From Vicugna vicugna (lineage: Eukaryota): a stretch of 64,000 nucleotides of DNA. Both the position numbers and the translations under genes were made by a program. Every line of letters begins with the position of its first letter. The first letter of the stretch is position 1. Below are positions 53,690 through 64,000 of this stretch, in pieces. Under the pieces are notes generated by a model. It had not been told where the DNA came from. It saw only the letters and a program-made list of their open reading frames with translations, and searched no databases. The stretch is from positions 220,982 to 284,981 of the forward strand of contig MU057576.1 of NCBI GenBank assembly GCA_013265495.1, written 5' to 3'.

Positions 53690-54650
53690 GTTGTTTTAAA
53701 TCAGCTTTCCTGAGGCATGATTCACACACAGTAAACTGTACTGATTTAAAATGTACAATTTAATGAATTTTCTCAAGTGTATGCAGTCATGTAAGGACCA
53801 CCACAATTGTATAGCATTATATATCATCCCTCCAAAATTCATCCAGGCTCCTTTGTGTCAATCCCCCAGCTTCCGACCACCACCTGTCTATTTATATCCT
53901 TATAATTTCATCTTTCCGAAAAGTCATGGAATAGGCAGTGTGCAGCCTTTGTTTTCTGGTTTCTTTCTCTAGCATAATGCTTTTGGGATTCATCCATTTG
54001 GTTACCTATATTGATAGCTAATTCCTTTTCAATTTTGAGTTGTATTCCATTTTGCAGAAGTTCCACATTGCTTCATCTACTCACCAGTTGAGAGACACTG
54101 GGTCATTTCCAGTTTGAGACGGTATAAATAAAGCTGCTATAAATATTCCCACACAAGTCTTTCAGTAAAAACATTTTTATTTCTCGTGGTTTAATACTTT
54201 GAAATTTGATTGCTGGGTCATATGGCAAGAGTATGTTTAAACCTTATAAAAATCTACCAAACTATTTTCCCTACTGGCTCTATCATTTGACATTCCCACC
54301 AGTAGTGTGAGATTTCTATTGCTCTACATTCCTGTCAACACTTGGTATTGTCAGGTTTTTTTTTAAGTCACTTGAATAGGTCGGTGTACAGTGATAGCTC
54401 ATTGTGGCTTTAATTTGTATATTCTTAGTTACTAATGATGTTGAGCATCCTTTTATGTGCTTATTTGTCATCTGTACCTTGTCGAATGTGAAGTATCAGT
54501 TGAAATCTTTTGTCCATGTCCTGTTTAGGTGGTTTATGTATTCTGGAGACAAGCCTTTATCAGATCTGTATCTTGCAAATACTTTCTCCTAGTCCATAGC
54601 TTCTCTTTTCATTTTTTTGAGCACTGTCTTCTAAAGAGCAAAAAATACTT
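53690..54650 (-). mobile_element. Old L1 (L1M-type) 3' fragment
   Basis: Degenerate ORF2-end and 3'UTR motifs on minus. Confidence 0.7.
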
Positions 54651-54789
54651 TAAGTGGTCACCTCTGAGATGTGGATGGGGTTAACTCAGGAAGACCCTGC
54701 CAACCACGGGACTTTCTTTTCTGAAGGAATCATGATCTCAGGGGTCAGGAGGAGAATTCGCGTCAGGGTTTCAGGAAGACATTTAGAAT

Positions 54790-55180
54790 TGGTATCACTT
54801 TACCAAATACCACAGACTCAGGGGCTTAACAACAGAAATTTCCTTCTGAAAGTTCCGCAAGCTGGAAGTCCAAGATCAAGGTGCCTGCTGGATTGGTTTC
54901 TTCTGATGCGTCCCTCCTTGGGCTGTAGATGGGCACCTTCGCACTGTGTCCTCACATGCTTTTTCCCTCTGGGCACATACATCCCTGGTGTCTCTTCATT
55001 TGTCCAAGTTTCCTCTTCTTATAAGGATACCAGTCAGAATAGATTAGGGCCCACCCCAGTGGGCTCAATTCTACTTAACCACTTTTAAAGGTCCTATCTG
55101 CAAATACAGTCACATTCTGAGGTAGTAGGTTTTGGGGCTTCAGCATATGAATTTTAGGGGCTAAAATTCAACCCATAACA
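54790..55180 (-). mobile_element. MaLR (MLT1-like) LTR
   Basis: GCTGGAAGTCCAAGATCAAGGTG...AATTCAACCCATAACA. Confidence 0.75.
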
Positions 55181-55686
55181 GAATTATATGCTTATGTATG
55201 TGGGAAGAGCCTACAAGGTCCTCAGGAGTTAAAGAATCCATTGACTTTGGTACAATAACTAATTTTCCTGTTTTCGTTCTTGCCCCCACAAAACTATTTT
55301 CAAAACAGCATCCAAAAAATTAAAAAACAAAGCAAAACAAAACAAAAAACCCCAAGCATCCATAATTACTCCTAAAATGTCAAATTGTGTCACTGTTCTA
55401 ATGGCTTCCTGTGGTAGGCTGATTAGAGGTCCCCAAAGAAGTCACATCCTAGTTCTCAGAACCTGCGAGTATATTACCTTACATGGTAAAAAAAAAAAAT
55501 TGTTGCAGATGTGATTAAGTTCAGAGTCTTGCGATGGAGAGTTTATCTTGGATTATCCAGGTGGACCCAATGTAATCGTAAGTGTTCATATAAGAGGGAG
55601 GCAGGAGTGTCAGAGTCAGAGAAGGAAATGACATCAACGAAGCAAAGTTTGGAGTGCTGTAGCCACAAGCAAAGAAAAGCCAGCAG

Positions 55687-57462
55687 TGATAGCAGGTTAC
55701 AAAATTAATGTTCAAAAATCAGTTGCATTTCTTTACACTAATGATAAATCAACAGAAAAAGAAAGCAAAGAAACAATCCCCTTTAAAATAGCACCCAAAG
55801 TAATAAAATATCTGGGAATAAATCTAACCAAGGAGGCGAAAGAATTTTACACAGAAAACTATAAACCATTGATGAAGGAAATTAAAGAAGACTTTAAAAA
55901 ATGGAAAGATATTCCATGCTCTTGGATTGGAAGAATCAATATTGTTAAAATGGTCACACTGCCCAAGGCAATCTACAGATTTAATGCAATCCCTATCCAA
56001 TTACCCAGGACATATTTCACAGAACTAGAACAAATCATAATAAAATTTATATGGAACCATCAAAGACCTAGAATTGCTAAAGCATTACTGAAGAGAAAGA
56101 AAGAGGCTGGAGGAATAACTCTCCCAGACTTCAGACAATACTATAGAGCTACAGTCATCAAGACAGCATGGTATTGGTACCAAAACAGACATATNNNNNN
56201 NNNNNNNNNNNNNNNNNNNNNNNNNNNNNNNNNNNNNNNNNNNNNNNNNNNNNNNNNNNNNNNNNNNNNNNNNNNNNNNNNNNNNNNNNNNNNNNNNNNN
56301 NNNNNNNNNNNNNNNNNNNNNNNNNNNNNNNNNNNNNNNNNNNNNNNNNNNNNNNNNNNNNNNNNNNNNNNNNNNNNNNNNNNNNNNNNNNNNNNNNNNN
56401 NNNNNNNNNNNNNNNNNNNNNNNNNNNNNNNNNNNNNNNNNNNNNNNNNNNNNNNNNNNNNNNNNNNNNNNNNNNNNNNNNNNNNNNNNNNNNNNNNNNN
56501 NNNNNNNNNNNNNNNNNNNNNNNNNNNNNNNNNNNNNNNNNNNNNNNNNNNNNNNNNNNNNNNNNNNNNNNNNNNNNNNNNNNNNNNNNNNNNNNNNNNN
56601 NNNNNNNNNNNNNNNNNNNNNNNNNNNNNNNNNNNNNNNNNNNNNNNNNNNNNNNNNNNNNNNNNNNNNNNNNNNNNNNNNNNNNNNNNNNNNNNNNNNN
56701 NNNNNNNNNNNNNNNNNNNNNNNNNNNNNNNNNNNNNNNNNNNNNNNNNNNNNNNNNNNNNNNNNNNNNNNNNNNNNNNNNNNNNNNNNNNNNNNNNNNN
56801 NNNNNNNNNNNNNNNNNNNNNNNNNNNNNNNNNNNNNNNNNNNNNNNNNNNNNNNNNNNNNNNNNNNNNNNNNNNNNNNNNNNNNNNNNNNNNNNNNNNN
56901 NNNNNNNNNNNNNNNNNNNNNNNNNNNNNNNNNNNNNNNNNNNNNNNNNNNNNNNNNNNNNNNNNNNNNNNNNNNNNNNNNNNNNNNNNNNNNNNNNNNN
57001 NNNNNNNNNNNNNNNNNNNNNNNNNNNNNNNNNNNNNNNNNNNNNNNNNNNNNNNNNNNNNNNNNNNNNNNNNNNNNNNNNNNNNNNNNNNNNNNNNNNN
57101 NNNNNNNNNNNNNNNNNNNNNNNNNNNNNNNNNNNNNNNNNNNNNNNNNNNNNNNNNNNNNNNNNNNNNNNNNNNNNNNTAAAGACTCATGGACAGAGAA
57201 TACAGACTTGTGGTTACCAGGGGGGTAGAGGGTGGGAAGGGATAGACTGGGATTTCAAAATTGTAGAATAGATAAACAAGATTACACTGTATAGCACAGG
57301 GAAATATACACAAAATGTTATGATAAATCACAGAGAAAAAAATGTGACAATGAGTGTGTATATGTCCATAAATGACTGAAAAATTGTGCTGAACACTGGA
57401 ATTTGACACAACATTGTAAAATGATTATAAATCAATAAAAAATGTTAAAAAAAAAAAAAAAG
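55687..57462 (+). mobile_element. Young 5'-truncated L1 containing the assembly gap
   Basis: Stop-free ORF2 ([10 protein letters not shown]...WYWYQNRH) up to the Ns; 3'UTR and poly(A); 16-nt TSD AAAGAAAAGCCAGCAG (55671-55686 / 57463-57478). Confidence 0.93.
56195..57179. other. Assembly gap (985 N)
   Basis: Seen directly. Confidence 1.
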
Positions 57463-58330
57463 AAAGAAAAGCCAGCAGCCTCTAGAAGCTGGAAGTGACA
57501 AGGAACAGGTGGTCCCCTGGAGTCTCCAGAAGGAACCAGCCCTGCCAACTCCTTGATTCCAATCTTAAGACTCATTTCAGACTTCTGACATCCAGAACTG
57601 TCAGAGGATACATTTGTGTTGGTTTAATCCACTACATTTGTACTAATTTGTCACAACAGCAATAAGAAAACCAAAACATTTCCTATATCACACTGTAAAA
57701 GCCGAAGTTCTCACAATGGCTGTAAGACTCTCCATGACATGCCCCCTGTTACCTCTCTGATCACATCTCCTGCAGCTCTCCCCTTTTGCTCACACTGCTG
57801 TAGTCACACTCACCTCCTTGCTGCCCTGCCTCAGGACCTTTGCACCTGCTGTCTCCTTGCTGCCTGAAATTATCTTTCCCCAGAAAGCAAATGACTAGCG
57901 GGCTAGATCTCTAAATCTTTCCAGTTACAAATGATCTTGTTAGGGACACCAAATGTTCATTGCGAACACATTATCTATTTCAGACCCATTCCTGGCATCT
58001 TTTTATCTTGATCTCTCCAACAGTTTGGCTCAAAGAGTCAGACCCTTCTCTTGAATTCTTGCACTACTGACATGCACAGGATTCAGGGCTCATTACAGAA
58101 TATACACTGGCTGCCCTTTGACATCTATGGTTTGGTGATTGAAGCCTTTAGTTCTGCACAATTTTACTTTATATCAAAGGTTTGTTTTCTCAGGTACAGT
58201 TTAAAGTTTTTGAAGGCTGGACCACCTATCACATGGAGTAAGAGTCAAATGCTAATTTAGGAAGTGAACTAACTTTTGAACCTAGTCTCTTTACTTCATT
58301 TAATCCTTACAGCATTAAATGATTCTTTTT

Positions 58331-58477
58331 TAAAAATCATTTTGTTTTGAATAGGGAGGTAACTAGGTTTATTTATTTTTAATTTATTATCATTTTTCAA
58401 TGGAGGTACTGGGGATTGAACCCAGGACCTTGTGCATGCTAAGTGCATACTCTCCCACTGAGCTATACCCTTCCCCC
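58331..58477 (-). mobile_element. tRNA-derived SINE (Vic-1-like)
   Basis: GGGGATTGAACCCAGGACC; core nearly identical to the 28104-28248 copy. Confidence 0.88.
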
Positions 58478-59058
58478 ATCAGATGACTCTTTTAATGAGA
58501 CTTAAGCTATGAAAACTTAATGTTAAACTAGAACAGGATAATTGAAGTATTCAAGGATGAACTGTTAAGATGCCTGTGATATAGTTAAAAAAAAAAAAAA
58601 AAGAAACCAGAGGGCCATATAAACAAGAACAGCAAAAGCTGATATTGTTAAAGCTGGATCCTGGATTCAGAGGGGTTCATTGTTCAATTCTCTCCACTTT
58701 TTAAGAGTGTTTTTAAATTTCCCAATAAAAAGTTCAAAAAGAAAAGGTCAGAATGGAATAAATCCTATAGACAATTAAGAGACAAGATATTTGGAGAATT
58801 CCACCCATCCTCCTTTCAAAAGGTAAAAGGAATTACTTAAAAGTCCCACATCCACATATAGATTTGCCTTTTCCCACATCCTCTGGTCCAGCTCAGTTGT
58901 TCATTTTTGGGGAGGAGCAGGAGATGATAAGATGTATATAATATAAAAGATAATTTTTAAGTGTACAATTCAGTGGCATTCATTACATTCGCAAAGTTGT
59001 ACCACCATCATTAGTGGCTCTTAAATGTTCAATGTTTGTGTGCAAATAAATTACTAAG

Positions 59059-59581
59059 TGTGGCATCAATTGGTGCCTGCGGAGGTCCTGCAGCCCCCAA
59101 ACTTCCAGCCCTTTGGCATCTGCCTGCTCCTCTGCAGGATATAAACTCCTGATGGCTCTTTGCCTTTACACAATCAGCAACCCTGAGAAATGGCTAGTCT
59201 CACCATAGGTCAGGTAGACTTGTCACAGCCCACATCTTCCCTTATTGGAGTCATAAATTTCACTGCCTTGCTTGTGTCAGCCCATGTCTCCAACTTACTG
59301 GAGTCATAAATCCACTATCTTCCCATATACCAAAGCCCCTTGCCTCACTTATAGCCAATCAGAAGTCTGTTCCCCCATCCCTTTGTGTTCATAGCCTCTT
59401 CCTCAATAAAACACCCTACATGTTCACACTTGGTGGACACATAGGGACCTCTTGCCTGCGTGGCCCACTGTTGTCTGTAGCAGTGAACGTATTAAACTGT
59501 CCTTTGTTCTTGAACTTCTCCCTTTCTGGTAAATTCTTCCTACCAACCCGCATCACCGGCCCCACCAAGTGCCCCCCAACA
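59059..59581 (+). mobile_element. Complete solo LTR (523 nt)
   Basis: TG...CA termini; 5-nt TSD CTAAG (59054-59058 / 59582-59586); internal AGCCAATCAG and AATAAA/ATTAAA. Confidence 0.8.
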
Positions 59582-59775
59582 CTAAGCAGAGTGGGACACG
59601 CTCATCCTGAACATTGGACTTCATGGGCAGATGCCGGCCTTTGAAAAGAATTTGGACAACAGGGAAGCTTTACTCTAAGCACCTGCATTATTCATCCCCT
59701 TCCATTAGACTCCGCTCCTCCATTTCTCCCAGAGCGTCTAGCTGTGAGCTGAGGCCTTGAGCTCACCGCCCACAC

Positions 59776-59810
<35 letters not shown>

Positions 59811-60995
59811 CCTACTCACACTTCTGGGAGGGAGGGGAGGATGCAGTGGAAATCGCATTATTCACTTTGCCCAACAGGCTCTGCCCTCCCAGGGCTTGTC
59901 CCCACTGCCCCCTCACTCTCAGCAAGTTCAGTCTCAGCCCACATTGTTCTCCAAACAACAGCCTCCCCAATCCATAGACAGAAAGTCCTGGCTTCACAGA
60001 GCTTTTTAAGTCACCTGGTAACTGTGTGGCTTTGGAGCTGGGTGAGGTTTGAGCCAAGCGCAACTTGCAAATCTTTCGGTCTGTGTGAATCAGTGAGGGA
60101 CTAAAAGCTTCTGGACCTACTGAGTCATAGTGCCAGAGGGGGGGCGGGAGGATTTTTAAAAGGGGGTGGAGTTTGGTGAGCCAGGGTCACGATGAGCTTA
60201 GAGTTAGTCAGGGGCTGGATCACTCAGGGTCTTGGAGGCCAGAAGAAAGAGTCTGGATTGTATGCTGCTCTAATTTCCTCTTTAATGAGCTACAAGGTGG
60301 GGAGATACTCTACCCTACCAGCTTGCAAGGCTTTCAGCAAAGCCGCTCTGCAGGTGTCCGTTGTTATATTAATAATAAAAGCAGTAATAATGACAAAACT
60401 AACTAACGATCTGTTTTGTTTTGCTTTGTTTCAGCCATGAGGCTAAGTGCATTCTCCACCACGTTATAGAACACGTGCTCAGGAATGATTGTTTTCAGCC
60501 TTTATTGATTGTATCTTGGCCTTTGGGGCTGCAGCCAGAAGACAGTAAAGGTCAGGGGCTCTGAGCAGTATTCATGGATTCGGCACCTGTGCCTTAGAGC
60601 CACCTCCAGGGCCAGGGTTGGCAGGAACAACCTGGCAGATTGGAGGAAACTTTCAAGCAAGTTAATTCTGGCCTATTTAGCCCCAATCCCACCGCCTTGA
60701 TTTTATGGATTTCAAACGTATCGACATGAAACCACTTGGGGAGGTGTAGCTGAATGCCCTCCTGTCACTGAGAATTGAAAGGAATGTATTGAAAGTGGCT
60801 CTTCTTTCTATGCTGCTGATCGAATGTCATCTTTTACCGAAAGCTCTTAACAGCCCCATTTCTAAATGTTGTTAGAAAGCATGACCCAAGATCAGCCCCT
60901 CTAGAATCAACATTGTCATTTATATTTCATGCTTGTAACATTTAGTTGTCTCACTTTCAACAACTTTATTCAATAACGTCTATCATTCAGTTACT

Positions 60996-61170
60996 CAGTG
61001 GTTCTCAACCCAGGGCAATGTCCGGGGGGCATTTCTGGTTGTCACAACTGGGCAAGGAGAGCTACTGACATCCATTGGATAGAGGCCAGGAAAGCCACTA
61101 ACATCCTATAATTCACAGGCCAGCCCCCACAACAAAGAAGTGTCTGACCCAAAATGTAGAGTGCCAAAGC
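60996..61170. mobile_element. MER20-like hAT relic
   Basis: CAGTGGTTCTCAACC...GGTTGTCACAACTGGG...CCCCACAACAAAGAA. Confidence 0.65.
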
Positions 61171-61941
61171 ATTTTAAGATGACTGGATTTTATAAGGTTC
61201 AACAGGAGGTTATATTGCTTAACATTGTAAGTTCCCTGAGTTCTTTGCTGATGAATTTTTATGGCCCTATTGGATAATTGGTTACAACTCTCTGAAACTT
61301 TTCCAGACAAAAATATTTTCCAGTCATGCTTTTGTGTAAAGAATGTTGAGATTTCCACCACCCACATGTTAGAGCTTGTATCAAACATACCCAGAGTGGT
61401 TTTCAGAGGGAAATCTTGGCCCTCCACGCACATCAGGCATGTGACCTCAGTCAGCACCCTTAATCATCATTACTATCAACACTCAAGTTCTTGCCCAAGA
61501 ACATGACTGTGGCAGGGCAGCTGGCAACCCAACAGATCTGCACTCCCTTCTAACGAGCATTTTTAACAGACAGTGGCCAGCTGCTGCCTCCTCAGCACCC
61601 CCCCAGCCACCCCTCTACATCTACATGTGGCCTGGGTGTGTATGCCATTTCTGAACCGATATGATTGACAAGAGCCCCACTGTCACCTCGTCTTCCCCAT
61701 CTGCTGACTGTGAGTGGAGCCGGAACGTGGGTGAAGCCCAGGTGGCTGAGTCACCCTTTGGAGGGAGGGGAGCCGTTCACCTGTTTGGACTCTACATGAG
61801 CAGAAATACACTCATGGTCAGCCGCTGAGATTTTGAGGTTTGTCTGGAATGGTAGTTTAGTAGCTAGTGTTACCCCAACCCCTCACCTCCTGCTTTCTTA
61901 ATCAGTTAGAAAAACTGCTCCTTATGAAGGATCATCTGAAG

Positions 61942-62290
61942 CAGAGGTCAGCAAACCATGGCACGTGGGCCAAATCAGCTGGCTCCCTGTTTTTGTTTGG
62001 CTACAGTCCACAAGCTAAGAATGGATCTCACACATCTAAATGGTTGGCGGGGGTGAGGGGCCGGGAAACCTCTAAATAATAATTCTATCTTTTGACATAT
62101 GGAAATTACAAGAAATGCAAATTTTGGTGTCCACTAATAAAGTTTTCTGAGAAGCCACTTGTTCACAGATTCTCTGTGGCTGCTTTTTCCCTACGACAGT
62201 GTTGAGTAGTTGTAACAGAGGCCTAATGGCCTTAAAATCGGAAATACTGACTATCTGGACCTTTACAGAAAATTTGTCTTCCTCTGGCTT
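61942..62290. mobile_element. MER58-like hAT-Charlie relic
   Basis: CAGAGGTCAGCAAAC...ACTATCTGGACCTTTACAGAAAA...CCTCTG. Confidence 0.65.
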
Positions 62291-64000
62291 GAAAGATATG
62301 CAAATCATCTATTCATTTAGAAATAATGTTTAGAGGTTGTCTCCTGCCCCCATTCTGGGTAGGACCAAGAGAGCCTGGAGTTCATGGTAGGTCTACTTTC
62401 TTTTAACACTTTGTAGTACAGCTTTCATTGAATAGTTCCAAGGCACCATTACAGGACGATTTTTGAGGACTCCAGGAGATACTTCTCTTAGGTCTTGGGA
62501 CCCAGAAAAATCTGTGCCACTTCCGTTGTGACAACCTCACGACCTCTGTGTGTATGCCTCATGTCTTGTTTGGTCTCCTGGTTTCCCTGGAAAAGGCCCC
62601 ACCCCAGTCAGGCCCTAGAGCCCTGAGGCTGAGTCCACGTGACCACTGCTGGGTTCATGGAATCCATACCTACCTGTCTAGTTGTTACCGGCCTACCAGC
62701 ATATCCATCTCTTTCAAGCTCTTTGGACCTTCTTGATGCTCATTTACCTCCAACCTGACCTTCTCATCACCAGCGGTGTGATTTTTCCCTGCCGGGGCCA
62801 CCTTCTTTTCCTCAGTCTATCCAGGGTGCTGGTCCTGGCCAAGCTTGTTTCATCCTTCTGCCAATAAATGCCATGTTGTGTCTGCGTAAAACTGAGCTTT
62901 GAAGAATGCCCACACCTAGAAGCAAGGGAAGGGCAAGAAGATATTTGGGGCCAGCCTGTGTTGAGAGCCTCGCTAGGTACCCCTGCGGCACCTTCACAGC
63001 ACCATGAAATCATTTTGATTTTGGCCTATAACCCTGTCCTTCAGTGTCTCCCCAGTGCCCAGTACAGAGTGTGGCTGCATACATGGATTCAATCAATATT
63101 TGTTGAATAAATAAAGGAAAAACTGGAAAGTCAGGAAGGACCTAGAGAGAATTGACTTACTTAAGTCAAGGAAGACAAGTTTTAAGAAAGAATTAGGAAT
63201 CTTATGGTTTGCTCCTCACCCGTTGCAGCACTGGTGTGGCAGTTGGTAGGTGACGGTCACCCAAGAGAGGCAAGATAAGTGCCTGTCCATTCTTGATGCT
63301 AAAATGCACTCTTGACGTTATGCTGCCTAAAAGGGTTTCAGTGATGGCTATTTTTTCTTGTGCTACAAGATGCTGCATAATGAGGTAAGTGCCAGAAACA
63401 CTGCCATAGAGGCCTGGGACTAATTGGATAACATACTCTTGGTGTATTCTGTGCAAATTATCTGAGTATCCTTGACGTTTACCTCTAATTCAGTGACTCA
63501 CAGTCCTGATGTGACTGCTCTCAAGGTGTCTCTAAATAGCTCAAGTATCAGCAGACTCTCCAAATGATGTGAATTTACCTTCATCTGAATACAGAGTCCC
63601 AGGGCCCACCCCCAGGCATATGTAATAGAAATTCTTGGAGTTGGGCCTCGAAACCTGCATTTCTTCACAAAGCTTCTCAGACAGCTCTGATCTAGCACTT
63701 TGGAATCATTGCTCTATTCCATGTCCTCCCATTTTTCCAAACGAGCAAACGAGCCAGGAGAATGTGACTTAGCATTGTCACATTGTGCCAGGATTGGGGC
63801 CAGGATCCTGGCCTCCTGACTCCAGCTCCAGGACTCTCTCTACCATTCTGCTCTGCCTCAAGGTGCCAGACCCTTGAGCCTGACTTCTAGGGAACTGAGC
63901 GAGGCTTACCCACAGCAATCCTGCTCTGCCCGGCCTTGTTCCTAAATGCCAGGCAGCCTGTGGGGGCAGGGAAAGGGGCCGGCAGTGGGTGTGATGTAAT

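Larger units (their letters stand above)
55409..57680 (+). mobile_element. MLT1-like LTR interrupted by a young L1
   Basis: LTR halves 55409-55686 and 57463-57680 rejoin across the TSD. Confidence 0.75.

Noticed and set aside
55686..57409. 498/422/367-aa ORFs
   Set aside because: Lengths are artefacts of the N gap; real part is truncated L1 ORF2
1..64000. CRISPR arrays, operons or prokaryotic systems
   Set aside because: Sequence is mammalian; no repeat-spacer arrays seen

Overview
Mammalian genomic DNA, most likely camelid (alpaca/camel lineage, inferred from the tRNA-derived SINE family). The window holds the 5' end of the hexokinase 2 gene (HK2) on the minus strand: CpG-island promoter, exon 1 (CDS 24709-24771), an 18.1 kb intron 1 and exon 2 (6411-6573). 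Exon 3 lies left of the window. The ~39 kb upstream of HK2 is repeat-rich (L1s with target-site duplications, SINEs, LTRs, L2/MIR, hAT elements) and has a 985-nt N gap inside a young L1. The most notable items are: a TSD-flanked PPP1R14B (PHI-1) processed pseudogene that stays CpG-rich and shows AT-to-GC biased changes; a retroposed 5' half of tRNA-Cys in intron 1; an apparent CCAAT-to-CCAGT change at the expected HK2 Y-box; a duplication pairing two p53 half-sites; and a ~1.3 kb unassigned decayed segment with weak, unverified resemblance to a bornavirus glycoprotein. Protein and repeat-family comparisons are from memory and were not searched. No new biological system is demonstrated from the sequence alone.
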